Part shown: positions 28,856-37,953 of the stretch, piece by piece
Numbering within the stretch: position 1 is the first letter of the stretch
Layout of the letters: each line of letters starts with the position of its first letter
Assembly (NCBI GenBank): GCA_040905565.1
Contig: JBBDRF010000009.1
Location: 1-57,555, forward strand
Direction of reading: 5' to 3'
Source of the DNA: Phycisphaeraceae bacterium
Lineage (GTDB): Bacteria; Planctomycetota; Phycisphaerae; Phycisphaerales; Zrk34
Length of the DNA: 57,555 nucleotides
Notes under the pieces: generated by a model
Told to the model about the DNA's origin: nothing
What the model saw: the letters and a program-made list of their open reading frames with translations, nothing else
Databases searched by the model: none
Translations under genes and position numbers: made by a program

Positions 28856-28928
28856 AGCGGGATGGAGCAGTGGTCAGCTCGCCGGGTTCATGCCCCGGAG
28901 GTCGCAGGTTCAAATCCTGCTCCCGCGA
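28856..28928 (+). tRNA. tRNA-Met(CAT), initiator type, no encoded CCA
   Basis: Acceptor AGCGGGA/TCCCGCG with 1:72 mismatch; D stem GAGC/GCTC (A11:U24); anticodon stem CCGGG/CCCGG with loop TTCATGC; T arm GCAGG-TTCAAAT-CCTGC. Confidence 0.88.
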
Positions 28929-28930
28929 TT

Positions 28931-29125
28931 ATGACCGACAACCTGGACAACACGATCCGCGAGAACGCCGAGGGGCCGGCCGAAGCTTCTGTGGATGGCC
29001 AGACCGTCCGCCAGCACAGCCTGCGTGACCAGATCAACGTCGATCGTTATCTGGCATCGAAGCGGGCGGCGCGAGCTGGGCTCGGGGTCCGGCTGACGAA
29101 GGTGATTCCGCCTGGGGCGGTGTGA
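28931..29125 (+). CDS. gpW-like head-tail joining protein
   Basis: Small ORF before the portal with SVDGQTV...SL pattern. Confidence 0.7.
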   Translation: MTDNLDNTIRENAEGPAEASVDGQTVRQHSLRDQINVDRYLASKRAARAGLGVRLTKVIPPGAV

Positions 29126-29140
29126 GGTGCACAGAACCGA

Positions 29141-30664
29141 ATGATCAACTGGATCAGGAACATTCTGGCACAGCGCCGCTCCGGTAGGCCCGCGGAGAAC
29201 GTCAACCGCCCTGCGTTTCGCTTTGGCGGTTCGCCGCTGCGGCCACTGCACGCCCGCTACGACGCGGCGCAGACGACGGATGAGAATCGTCGGCACTGGG
29301 CGGCGGCCGATCAGCTCTCCGCCAACGCCGCCGCGAATCCGCAGGTGCGTCGCATTCTTCGCAGCCGGGCTCGCTATGAGGTGGCGAACAACAGCTACGC
29401 CCGTGGCATTGTCCTGACGCTCGCGAACTATGTGGTGGGCACGGGGCCGCGGCTGCAGATGCTTACCGGCGAACCCGCCGTCGATCGCCTCGTTGAACGT
29501 GAGTTCGGCCGCTGGGCGAAGGCCGTGGGGCTGGCGCACAAACTGCGGACGATGCGGATCGGTGAGGCGGAGTCTGGCGAAGTGTTCGCTGTCATGGCAA
29601 CCAACCCGCAGGTCGACGCCCCCGTGCAGCTAGATCTGAAGCTGGTCGAAGCTGACCAGGTGACCACTCCGTTCGGGCTTCACAGCGACGAGCAGGTCAC
29701 CGACGGCATCATCTACGATGAGTTCGGCAACCCCACCAGTTATTTCGTGCTCAAGCACCATCCCGGCGATCGCGACGCCTGGCGGGCCGGGCGCATGGCT
29801 TACGACCAGCTTCCGGCGGAGTCCGTGCTCCATCTTTACCGTGTCGATCGCCCCGGTCAGGGGCGCGGCATCCCGGAGATCACGCCCGCACTGCCGCTGT
29901 TTGCGATGCTGCGTGATTACGGGCTGGCGGTATTGCAGGCGGCTCAACAGGCGGCTTTGCCCGGTGGGGTGATCTATACAGACGCGCCCGCTGACACGGA
30001 GGCGGCGAAGGTCGAGCCGATGGACAGCGTCGAGATGGACCGGGGCATGTGGCTGACGATGCCGTACGGCTGGAAGGTCGGGCAGGTCCGGGCCGAGCAG
30101 CCGACGACGATGCACGATCAGTTCACGCGGACGATCCTTCAGGAGATCGCACGCTGCCTGAACATGCCGTTCAACATCGCTGCGGGCAACAGCGCCGGCT
30201 ACAACTTCGCCTCGGGCCGCCTCGATCACCAGTCTTTCTACAAGGCGATTCGCATCGATCAAGCCTTCATCGGCGACACCGTCCTCGACCGCGTGCTTCG
30301 GGCGTGGCTGGACGAAGCGGTGCTGGTGGAGGGTTACCTCCCGCAGGCGTTGAGGCAGATCGACACGCAGCTGCCGCACCAGTGGTTCTGGGACGGGCTT
30401 GAGCATGTGGATCCCGCCAAGGAAGCCAACGCCACGGCGACAAAGCTCGCGAGTCACACCACCAACCTCGCCATCGAGTACGCCCGGCAGGGCCTGGACT
30501 GGGAGGCGGAGCTTCGGCAGAAGGCCAAGGAGAAGCAGCTGATGCAGCGCCTGGGCCTCGATGACACGGAAGGGGAGGCGGCAGTGGGGGGGCAGCAGGG
30601 GGACGATGAGGAAACAGTGCAGGAAACGGTGGGGGGGGCGGAGGAGATCCGGGCCAATGACTGA
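29141..30664 (+). CDS. Portal protein, lambda family
   Basis: LR.RAR....NN..A.G, R.GQ.RG.P, N.ASGR, VDP.KE. Confidence 0.92.
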   Translation: MINWIRNILAQRRSGRPAENVNRPAFRFGGSPLRPLHARYDAAQTTDENRRHWAAADQLSANAAANPQVRRILRSRARYEVANNSYARGIVLTLANYVVGTGPRLQMLTGEPAVDRLVEREFGRWAKAVGLAHKLRTMRIGEAESGEVFAVMATNPQVDAPVQLDLKLVEADQVTTPFGLHSDEQVTDGIIYDEFGNPTSYFVLKHHPGDRDAWRAGRMAYDQLPAESVLHLYRVDRPGQGRGIPEITPALPLFAMLRDYGLAVLQAAQQAALPGGVIYTDAPADTEAAKVEPMDSVEMDRGMWLTMPYGWKVGQVRAEQPTTMHDQFTRTILQEIARCLNMPFNIAAGNSAGYNFASGRLDHQSFYKAIRIDQAFIGDTVLDRVLRAWLDEAVLVEGYLPQALRQIDTQLPHQWFWDGLEHVDPAKEANATATKLASHTTNLAIEYARQGLDWEAELRQKAKEKQLMQRLGLDDTEGEAAVGGQQGDDEETVQETVGGAEEIRAND

Positions 30665-32741
30665 GCAGAACAAAGGGCATCTTGAACTGATCTGCGCCGC
30701 AGGCGGTATCACCATCGAAGCGGCGACGCCGATCACGGACGGCAGCGATGGGGAAGCCCTGCCGCGTTTCAGTATGGTCGCGTACTCGGGTGAGCCGATG
30801 CGTGTCCAAGGCTGGCGCCACCCCGTGGTCGTGGATCTCGAAGGCCTCCGCATCGAGAGCCAGCGCAAGCCGATCCGCTTCGCTCACAGCGCTTACCAGG
30901 GCGTGGGCCATTCAGAGCGGATCGCCGTGGAGGGCAATCAGCTCATCGCAGAGGGGGTGGTCTCTCGCGACACGCCGGCTGCCCGCGAGGTCGTCTCCAG
31001 CGGCAAGCGGGGCTTTCCGTGGCAGGCGTCGATCGGAGCGGGGGTGGAACAGGCTGAGTTCGTGAAGGCGGGGGCGAATGTCACGGTCAACGGGCGGACG
31101 TTTGAGGGGCCGCTGTTCGTGGCACGCCACACGGTGCTGGGGGAGATCAGCTTCGTGGACTCAGGTGCGGACCAGAACACTTCAGCGCGGATTGCCGCGC
31201 AGGTACAGGAACAGCAGACGATGAATGATGAGAAGACGCAGACGGAGCAGAACGCCACCACGGGCACGACCACCGCCCCTGCAACTGAGGTGACGGGCGA
31301 CGCAACGCCGCCGGCAAGTGAGAAGAACACGAACACCTCCACTGCCACGCCGGCGGCAGTCAATGCATCCAGCGCCACCACCACTTCACCCGGCGCAGCC
31401 AGCGACGAAGCCGTGCAGCGGATGCGGCAGGAGGTGGCCGCCGAGAGCCATCGCATCGCGGAGGTACGCCGGATCTGCGCCGGCCGGCACCCCGACATCG
31501 AGACCCAGGCGATCGGTGAAGGCTGGGACGCGACACGCTGCGAACTGGAAGTGCTGCGCGCGAGCCGCCCCAAGGTGACGGGCGCTCCGGCGATCCACAG
31601 CGTCGAGAACAACGTGGACGGCCAGGTGCTCGAAGCGGCGTGCATGCTGACGGCGAAGTTCAGCAAGCCCGAGGATCTGTACGAGGACAAGACGCTGGAG
31701 GCAGCCAGCAAGCGGTTCCGCGGCGGGATCGGCCTTCAGGAACTGCTGCTCGAAGCCGCATGGGCGAACGGCTACACGGGCCGCAACTTCCGCGCTTCGC
31801 GGGATGTCTTCCGCTACGCCTTCGGGCATCCGAGCATTCAGGCGTCCAGCTTCAGCACCATCGACATCGTCGGCGTCCTCTCCAACGTCGCCAACAAGTT
31901 CCTGCTCGAAGGCTTCTTCAGCGTCGAACGCGTCTGGCGGAACATCTGCTCCGTGCGGAACGTCAACGACTTCAAGACGGTCACGTCGTACCGGCTGATC
32001 GGCAAGGATCAGTACGAGAAGGTTGCGCCGGGCGGCGAGCTCAAGCACGGCACGCTTGGTGAGGAGAGCTATGCGAACAAGGCTGACACGTACGGCCTCC
32101 TGCTCGCTGTCGACCGGCGTGATGTGATCAACGACGACCTCGGAGCCATCACCACGGCTCCACGCAAACTCGGCCGCGGCTCGGGCCTGAAGATCAACGA
32201 CGTGTTCTGGACGACCTTCCTGGACAACGCGGACTTCTTCAAGGCCGCGAACAAGAACTACCTCGATGGCGCGGACACGAAGCTGAGCATCGACGGGCTG
32301 ACGAAGGCCGAGGTCGCCTTCATGGACCAGGTCGATTCCGACGGCAAGCCGATCGGCATCATGCCGGCGATGGCGCTCGTCCCAACCAGCCTCAGTGCCA
32401 TCGGCACCACACTCGGCCGGTCGCTGGAGGTCCGCGATCCGGGCAGTTCGGCGAAGTACCCCGTCGCCAACCCCCACGCCGGCAAGTTCCGCGTCGAGGT
32501 CAGCCGCTACCTGGCCAACACGCAGTACGCCGGTGCCAGCGATAAGGCGTGGTACCTGCTGGCGGAGCCGGGCGATCTGTCGGTGATCGAGGTCGCGTTC
32601 CTCAACGGCCAGGAGAGCCCGACCATTGAAACCGCCGACGCGGACTTCAACGTGCTGGGCATCCAGATGCGCGGCTACCACGACTTCGGCGTCGCGTTGC
32701 AGGAACCGCGTGGCGGCGTCAAGAGCAAGGGCGAGGCCTAA
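30657..32741 (+). CDS. Prohead protease-major capsid fusion
   Basis: N-terminal H....VG, QASIG and EISFV..GAD protease motifs; Thr/Ala-rich scaffold linker; capsid-like C-terminus (V.DFK, GE.K.G, D.G). Confidence 0.88.
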   Translation: MTEQNKGHLELICAAGGITIEAATPITDGSDGEALPRFSMVAYSGEPMRVQGWRHPVVVDLEGLRIESQRKPIRFAHSAYQGVGHSERIAVEGNQLIAEGVVSRDTPAAREVVSSGKRGFPWQASIGAGVEQAEFVKAGANVTVNGRTFEGPLFVARHTVLGEISFVDSGADQNTSARIAAQVQEQQTMNDEKTQTEQNATTGTTTAPATEVTGDATPPASEKNTNTSTATPAAVNASSATTTSPGAASDEAVQRMRQEVAAESHRIAEVRRICAGRHPDIETQAIGEGWDATRCELEVLRASRPKVTGAPAIHSVENNVDGQVLEAACMLTAKFSKPEDLYEDKTLEAASKRFRGGIGLQELLLEAAWANGYTGRNFRASRDVFRYAFGHPSIQASSFSTIDIVGVLSNVANKFLLEGFFSVERVWRNICSVRNVNDFKTVTSYRLIGKDQYEKVAPGGELKHGTLGEESYANKADTYGLLLAVDRRDVINDDLGAITTAPRKLGRGSGLKINDVFWTTFLDNADFFKAANKNYLDGADTKLSIDGLTKAEVAFMDQVDSDGKPIGIMPAMALVPTSLSAIGTTLGRSLEVRDPGSSAKYPVANPHAGKFRVEVSRYLANTQYAGASDKAWYLLAEPGDLSVIEVAFLNGQESPTIETADADFNVLGIQMRGYHDFGVALQEPRGGVKSKGEA

Positions 32742-32820
32742 CCCCCCCCCACACACACACACACCCGTCCCCACGTTTGACCCTCACCTTTAACTCCCAC
32801 CACCCCAGGAGAATCAGCAG

Positions 32821-33156
32821 ATGGTTGTGGCGACATTCATTCACGACGGTGACGCGATCGATTATCGGGCAGACTCGGAACTTCCCCCCGGCAGCGTCGT
32901 CGTGCTCAATGATCTGGTGGGTATCACCAAGCGGCCGCTGGTCGCTGGCGAACTCGGCAGCCTCCACGTCGTCGGCGTGTTCGAAGTTCCCAAGGCGACC
33001 GGTGCCGACACGGCGATCGGTGCGGGCGAGAACGTGTACTGGGATAGCGGCAACTCCCAGGCCACGACCTCCGCCTCTGGCAACACCCTAATGGGCAAGG
33101 CCGTGGCCGCGGCGGGCAACGATGACGCCAATGTGCACGTGCGACTGAGTGCCTGA
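32821..33156 (+). CDS. DUF2190-like capsid decoration protein
   Basis: G..IDY, G.L...GVF..PK, G..VYWD pattern; follows the capsid gene. Confidence 0.8.
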   Translation: MVVATFIHDGDAIDYRADSELPPGSVVVLNDLVGITKRPLVAGELGSLHVVGVFEVPKATGADTAIGAGENVYWDSGNSQATTSASGNTLMGKAVAAAGNDDANVHVRLSA

Positions 33157-33545
33157 TGGGCGACCTGCTCCAGCGCGGCACCGACTGGCTCGCTCAGCAG
33201 CGGCATGAACACCTGACGCGGCCGGTGACCTACCGACGCGGCGACGCTTCGGTCGAGGTGCAGGCCACAATCGGACGCACGGTGTTCCGGGTGGACGACA
33301 CGTACGGCAATGTGATTCGGCATGTCAGTCGCGATTATCTCATTCGTGCTGCGGACTTGGTGGTCAACGACGAAGCAACGGTGCCGCAACGCGGCGACCG
33401 CATTGAGGAAGTCATCGGCGACCAGCTGGTGACGCACGAGGTAATGAGCCCGGACAAGGCGACCGGGGACTGGCGGTACAGCGATCCGCAGCGATTGACG
33501 CTTCGGATTCACACCAAGCAGATCCGCGAGGAGCCTTTGCCGTGA
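33156..33545 (+). CDS. Head-tail joining protein
   Basis: Position, V.Y.RG and P..GD.I patterns; TGATG-coupled. Confidence 0.65.
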   Translation: MGDLLQRGTDWLAQQRHEHLTRPVTYRRGDASVEVQATIGRTVFRVDDTYGNVIRHVSRDYLIRAADLVVNDEATVPQRGDRIEEVIGDQLVTHEVMSPDKATGDWRYSDPQRLTLRIHTKQIREEPLP

Positions 33546-33802
33546 ACATGAGGCAGGTACTCAAGGCCAGGCCGAAGAGCCCGATGAACTGGGTGATGAT
33601 CGGCGTACTGATTACGTGGACGGTCTTCTCGCTCACGACGGTCTGGGCGGTGGCGTCGGACTGGTCGACGCAGGCTGACAAGGTCACCGGCATGCAGGGC
33701 ACGATCGCCGATCACGAGCAGCGGCTGCGGATCGTCGAACAGCAGATCACCGAGATTGCGACCGACGTGCGATGGGTACGCGAGCATCTGGAGGAGCAGT
33801 GA
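33542..33802 (+). CDS. Small membrane protein with coiled coil (holin or spanin candidate)
   Basis: One hydrophobic helix followed by a heptad pattern. Confidence 0.55.
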   Translation: MNMRQVLKARPKSPMNWVMIGVLITWTVFSLTTVWAVASDWSTQADKVTGMQGTIADHEQRLRIVEQQITEIATDVRWVREHLEEQ

Positions 33803-34230
33803 TGGCAGCGATTGTAACGCTCGCAGACGCGGTGGTGACGCAGCTGAACGCCGCGACGTTCGACCCGACTGTCACGGCGGAACGGCACTACCGCCCTCGC
33901 GTCGAACTTGGCGACGTCGAGGACGTGCGTGTGACCGTCGTGCCCAAAGCAATCCGCACCACGGCGGCGACACGCGGTGCCGCTTCGCACGAGGGACAGA
34001 TCGATATCGCTATTCAGCAGCGGCTCAGTGATGAGACGGCCGCCGCGATCGATCCACTCATGGACCTGGTCCAGCAGATCGCTGATCAACTGCTGCACCG
34101 TCGGCTTGATGCGATGCCGCAGGCGCTGTGTGTGAGGCTGACCAACGAGCCGATCTACGCCGTCGACCATCTGGATGAACTGCGCACGTTCACCAGCGTG
34201 CTGACCGTGACGTATCGGCTGCGGCGATGA
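33802..34230 (+). CDS. Tail terminator/completion-like protein
   Basis: Size and position between neck and tail tube genes; GGAG RBS. Confidence 0.6.
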   Translation: MAAIVTLADAVVTQLNAATFDPTVTAERHYRPRVELGDVEDVRVTVVPKAIRTTAATRGAASHEGQIDIAIQQRLSDETAAAIDPLMDLVQQIADQLLHRRLDAMPQALCVRLTNEPIYAVDHLDELRTFTSVLTVTYRLRR

Positions 34231-34241
34231 AAGGATGGCAG

Positions 34242-34721
34242 ATGAATCAGAAAGCCGACGCGTGGACGGGCATTGAGCAGCCGCTGGTGATGGTGTCGAG
34301 CATCAGCAACTGGCAGACCGTCGCGGAGGATCTTTCGCAGGCGGATAACGCAGGCGATCCCGTCGTGCGGCCCGACACGCTGTCCGAGCAAAGGCGGCTG
34401 GAGATTGCGGGCCGGGGCACGCTGGTGCTGCTTCGCGTGCGCTATCAGGCAGCCTCGCCGCCGAGCACGCCGCCGACAGTGGCGATCTTCGGCGTCGATC
34501 AGAACGGTCACCACTCGCCGCTGTTCACAGCCGACGGTGATCATGCGATCGCGGTGCCCGTGAGTGCCAGCCGAGACGTGCAGGATGGTGATGGTTACGC
34601 CTACACCGCACCGATCGCTGCGGATGCCGACGGTGCTGCGTACGTGATCGCCGCGGTGGAAATTGCACTCGCGGCCGGCTCGGGTGCGGATGATTCGGCC
34701 CTTCAGCTCAAGGTGATTTGA
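34242..34721 (+). CDS. Hypothetical virion protein
   Basis: Beta-rich ORF in the structural operon; AAGGA RBS. Confidence 0.55.
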   Translation: MNQKADAWTGIEQPLVMVSSISNWQTVAEDLSQADNAGDPVVRPDTLSEQRRLEIAGRGTLVLLRVRYQAASPPSTPPTVAIFGVDQNGHHSPLFTADGDHAIAVPVSASRDVQDGDGYAYTAPIAADADGAAYVIAAVEIALAAGSGADDSALQLKVI

Positions 34722-35551
34722 TGTTGATGCCTGTGCGACGTCATCGACTCAGTCTGGGTAGCCGCCGCCCTTACCACCTGCTCGGCCGGCGCGGCAGTGT
34801 TGGTAGCGCCGGCAACGGTGGGGGGGGTGGGGGGGATGATGGGGGCAATGGTGGGGGGGACGGCGAGCCCTCCTACGCCGCAACGGTGATGGACTTGGGC
34901 CCGGCTGCGTACTGGCGGCTTGATGACACGGGGGGGGCGGGTTCTTCCGTCGCGCTGGACCAGACCGGTGACTATGACGCGAGCTATGTGAACCTCGCCA
35001 GCGAGAACTATGGCCAGGCCGGCCCGCTGATCGGGCAGGCGTCCGCAGCGGTCGAGTTGGACGGCGTCGATGACCACATTGACACGGGCGTTGCGTCGGT
35101 GGGCACGGGCCTGTTCGCAGGCTCCGGCGAGGCGTTCAGCGTGACCGGCTTCGCGAAACTCACGCCCGGCGACGGTGGCACAGTGATCGCAAAGGCGGAA
35201 GGGTCGCTCGCGCTGCGGGTGTTCCAGCTCTTCGTGCAGGACGGTGGGCCGGTCGTGGTGTTGCGTGGCAGTGACACGGCCTTCGCGGTCAACGCAGCCG
35301 ACGGCGCGTGGCACCACTACATGATCACGTGGGATGGATCGACCGCCACGTTCACCTTCGATGGTCAGCAACAAGGTGCGGTGAGCGTCGGCACGGCTGA
35401 GGACACGCCGGGTCAGCGGATTCTGCTCGGCGCTCGCTCCAACGGCACCGCGTTCTTCCTCCGCGGGCTGCTCTCGGAGTGGGCGATCTTCGATCGCATG
35501 CTCTCAGCGAACGAACGCGACCTGCTCTGGCAACGCAGCGGCCGGGCGTGA
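34718..35551 (+). CDS. LamG/concanavalin-A-like domain protein
   Basis: P.AYWRLD, DG.DD, DG.WHH..TWDG....DG, G...E.AIFDR.LS. Confidence 0.82.
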   Translation: MMLMPVRRHRLSLGSRRPYHLLGRRGSVGSAGNGGGGGGDDGGNGGGDGEPSYAATVMDLGPAAYWRLDDTGGAGSSVALDQTGDYDASYVNLASENYGQAGPLIGQASAAVELDGVDDHIDTGVASVGTGLFAGSGEAFSVTGFAKLTPGDGGTVIAKAEGSLALRVFQLFVQDGGPVVVLRGSDTAFAVNAADGAWHHYMITWDGSTATFTFDGQQQGAVSVGTAEDTPGQRILLGARSNGTAFFLRGLLSEWAIFDRMLSANERDLLWQRSGRA

Positions 35552-35584
35552 GGCATCAAGCGAAACAACTTCAGGAGATAAACC

Positions 35585-36040
35585 ATGAGCTTCAAACTCG
35601 GCATGGAAGGCCGGCTCTACTTCAGCAGCACGCTGCTGGATGAGAGCACCCAGCCCGGCACGCTGACTTGGGATGAGCAGGCGAACGTTCGCGACGTAAC
35701 GATCAACCTTGAGACCGGCGAAGCCGACGTCACCACACGCGCCAACAACGGCTGGCGTGCCACGCGGGCCACGCTGAAGGACGGCTCGATCGAGTTCGAG
35801 ATGGTGTGGGACAGCGACGATCCCGGCTTCACGGCTGTCAAAGATGCCTGGCTGAGTAGCGGCGAGATCGCCATCGCAGCGATGGACGGCGACATCGGGG
35901 AGGCGGGCAATCAGGGCCTGGCGAGCAACTTCACCGTCACCAACTTCTCACGCTCCGAGCCGCTGGAAGAAGCGATTACCGTGAGCGTGACGCTCAAACC
36001 ATCAAGCTTCACCCAGTGGTACACCGTCGGCACCCCCTGA
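35585..36040 (+). CDS. Tail tube (major tail) protein
   Basis: AGGAG RBS; DVTT....W......K..S..F pattern; precedes the chaperone gene. Confidence 0.8.
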   Translation: MSFKLGMEGRLYFSSTLLDESTQPGTLTWDEQANVRDVTINLETGEADVTTRANNGWRATRATLKDGSIEFEMVWDSDDPGFTAVKDAWLSSGEIAIAAMDGDIGEAGNQGLASNFTVTNFSRSEPLEEAITVSVTLKPSSFTQWYTVGTP

Positions 36041-36074
36041 TCGGCCCGCATTCAACTTTGATAGGTAACGCACG

Positions 36075-36563
36075 ATGACGACTTTCACTGATAACGCAGG
36101 GCGAACGTGGACACTGAGCATCACCGTCGATGCGATCAAACGCGTCCAGTCGCTGCTGGGCGTGAACCTCGCCAACGTCACCGCTCCCCCACAAGAAGGT
36201 GGTGAGGGGGAGCCTTTACTGACCCGTTTGGAAACCGACCTCGTCCTCCTGTGTGACGTGATCTACGCGATCGTGAAACCGCAGGCTGATCAGCAGGGAA
36301 TCAGCGACGAGCAGTTCGGGCAGGCTCTTGGTGGTGATGCGATCCTTGCGGCCCACGATGCGTTCTGGAGCGCGCTGGCGGATTTTTTCCGGAGCCTGCG
36401 CCGCAGCGATCAGGTGCGGGCGATCGAGAAACAGACCGCGCTGGTGCACGCCGCCGTGGAGGCAGCCGACAAGCGGATCGACGCGCTGGATGTCGCGGGG
36501 ATCGTGGATCGAGCGATGAACGTGCCCCTAGGTGGGGGGGGTGGCGGATCTGCTTCGAGTTAG
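36075..36563 (+). CDS. Tail assembly chaperone (gpG-like)
   Basis: Follows the tail tube; a G8 run at 36534-36541 near its end opens into the -1 frame. Confidence 0.72.
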   Translation: MTTFTDNAGRTWTLSITVDAIKRVQSLLGVNLANVTAPPQEGGEGEPLLTRLETDLVLLCDVIYAIVKPQADQQGISDEQFGQALGGDAILAAHDAFWSALADFFRSLRRSDQVRAIEKQTALVHAAVEAADKRIDALDVAGIVDRAMNVPLGGGGGGSASS

Positions 36564-36838
36564 CCGGCGTCCTCGGCATCGACCCCGGGCCGCTGACGCT
36601 CCGCGAACTGGTGTGGATGGCAGAGGCTCGTGCGAAGCACGACTGGTCGCAGACGTCGAGCCTGTTGGCACTGATCGCCAACGCTCATCGGGATCCGAAG
36701 AAGGCTCGGGGGGGGAAGCCGTTCAAGCCGTCCGACTTTGATCCGACCACCGGTCGGCACCGGGCATCTGACGACGAAGCAAAACCCGTCGTCGGCGTCG
36801 AAATACTCAAGCAGGTCTTTCTCAAAGGAGAGCAATGA
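36542..36838 (+). CDS. gpT-like extension, probably reached by -1 frameshift
   Basis: The -1 frame reads WRICFELAGVLGIDPGPLTLRELVWMAEAR...; no RBS of its own seen. Confidence 0.65.
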   Translation, partial: WRICFELAGVLGIDPGPLTLRELVWMAEARAKHDWSQTSSLLALIANAHRDPKKARGGKPFKPSDFDPTTGRHRASDDEAKPVVGVEILKQVFLKGEQ

Positions 36839-37347
36839 TCGCGGAAATGACCATGCGATGGCTGCCGTGGCTTGTTGGCGGCGTATGTCTGCTGCTGGTG
36901 GCGGCCTGCAGCACCGGCGGCCTGATCGATTATCACGATGCGCAAGGCGAACGCTGGCGGCTGGCGAATCCCCCAAAAGCGTCAGCCCCGGCGACACTCA
37001 GCCGGGGCAGCGACGGATCGGTGACGGCGACGGTGAGCCCGCCACACAAGAAGGACATGGCGATCGGTCAGCTCTGGCTGATCCCGATCATCGGCACGGG
37101 GCTGATCGTGATCGGCGTGGCGACACTGACGCTCCGCTCGTGGCTACCGACCGTGCCGATGGGCGCGTCGCTGGCAGCCATGGCGACGGGCACGCTGCTG
37201 ATCGCGATGCCCAAGATCGTACAGGAAGCGTGGTGGATTCTCGCGCTGATGCTCATCGGCGTGGCGATGATGTACGCCATCTCGTGGCTGGACAACCGCG
37301 ACAAACTCAAACCCAACCCCCCCAAACCCAAGGAGGCAATCGCGTGA
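36835..37347 (+). CDS. Lipoprotein with C-terminal transmembrane helices
   Basis: LLVAAC lipobox, ~50-aa soluble linker, up to three hydrophobic helices. Confidence 0.65.
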   Translation: MIAEMTMRWLPWLVGGVCLLLVAACSTGGLIDYHDAQGERWRLANPPKASAPATLSRGSDGSVTATVSPPHKKDMAIGQLWLIPIIGTGLIVIGVATLTLRSWLPTVPMGASLAAMATGTLLIAMPKIVQEAWWILALMLIGVAMMYAISWLDNRDKLKPNPPKPKEAIA

Positions 37348-37517
37348 CTGAATTCTTTCTGGATGTGTGGACGTTCGCTTTTTCACAGATTGGCCTGGTG
37401 GCAATCGGCCTGCTGCTGGGCGCGTGGCTCGGGCGACGTGGTCATTCGATCGTCGTGCTGGATGAGAATGACCTGGAAGACCTGCTCGACGGCGGCGAGG
37501 TCGTAGCTGAGGAATGA
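37344..37517 (+). CDS. 57-aa single-pass membrane protein
   Basis: AAGGAGG RBS, GTGA-coupled; one TM helix and an acidic tail. Confidence 0.6.
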   Translation: MTEFFLDVWTFAFSQIGLVAIGLLLGAWLGRRGHSIVVLDENDLEDLLDGGEVVAEE

Positions 37518-37951
37518 TCCAGATCACGCCGAGGATGTTCTTCAGCGCCAAACCAGTGCGCAAGGCAGCGGACCGGGCGACGCGGGCGGTGCTTTCCAAA
37601 GCCGGCGCATTCGTGCGCCGCACCGCCCGCTCGTCCATCCGCCGACGCAAGCGCACCGCTAGACCCGGCGAACCGCCTTCGTCACACAAGGGCCATCTGC
37701 GCCGGCTGATCTTCTTCGGCTACGAGCGGCAGCGACGAATCGTTGTGGTCGGCCCCGCACCGCTGGGCAGGCGCAGTCCGTACGGTCCGACCACAGTGCC
37801 GGAGGTCCTCGAAGAAGGCGGCACCGTCGCGGCGCGTGAAGATGGGGAGCGTGTAAGGCGTCGTTACAGAGGCCACCCGTTCATGGGGCCGGCGATGGAG
37901 AAGGAACTGCCGAAGTTCCCGACGCTGTGGAAAGATTCGATTCGGAGGTAG
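37514..37951 (+). CDS. Basic neck/tail-completion protein (HK97 gp10-like)
   Basis: Arg-rich; S/PG.PP, LE.GG and PFMGPA patterns. Confidence 0.65.
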   Translation: MIQITPRMFFSAKPVRKAADRATRAVLSKAGAFVRRTARSSIRRRKRTARPGEPPSSHKGHLRRLIFFGYERQRRIVVVGPAPLGRRSPYGPTTVPEVLEEGGTVAAREDGERVRRRYRGHPFMGPAMEKELPKFPTLWKDSIRR

Positions 37952-37953
37952 CC

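Noticed and set aside
28856..28928. tRNA as the prophage integration site
   Set aside because: It lies mid-phage between terminase and portal, and no duplicate of its 3' end was seen.
28862..28930. N-terminal extension MEQWSARR... of the gpW-like ORF
   Set aside because: It is the translation of the tRNA body; ATG 28931 is the more plausible start.
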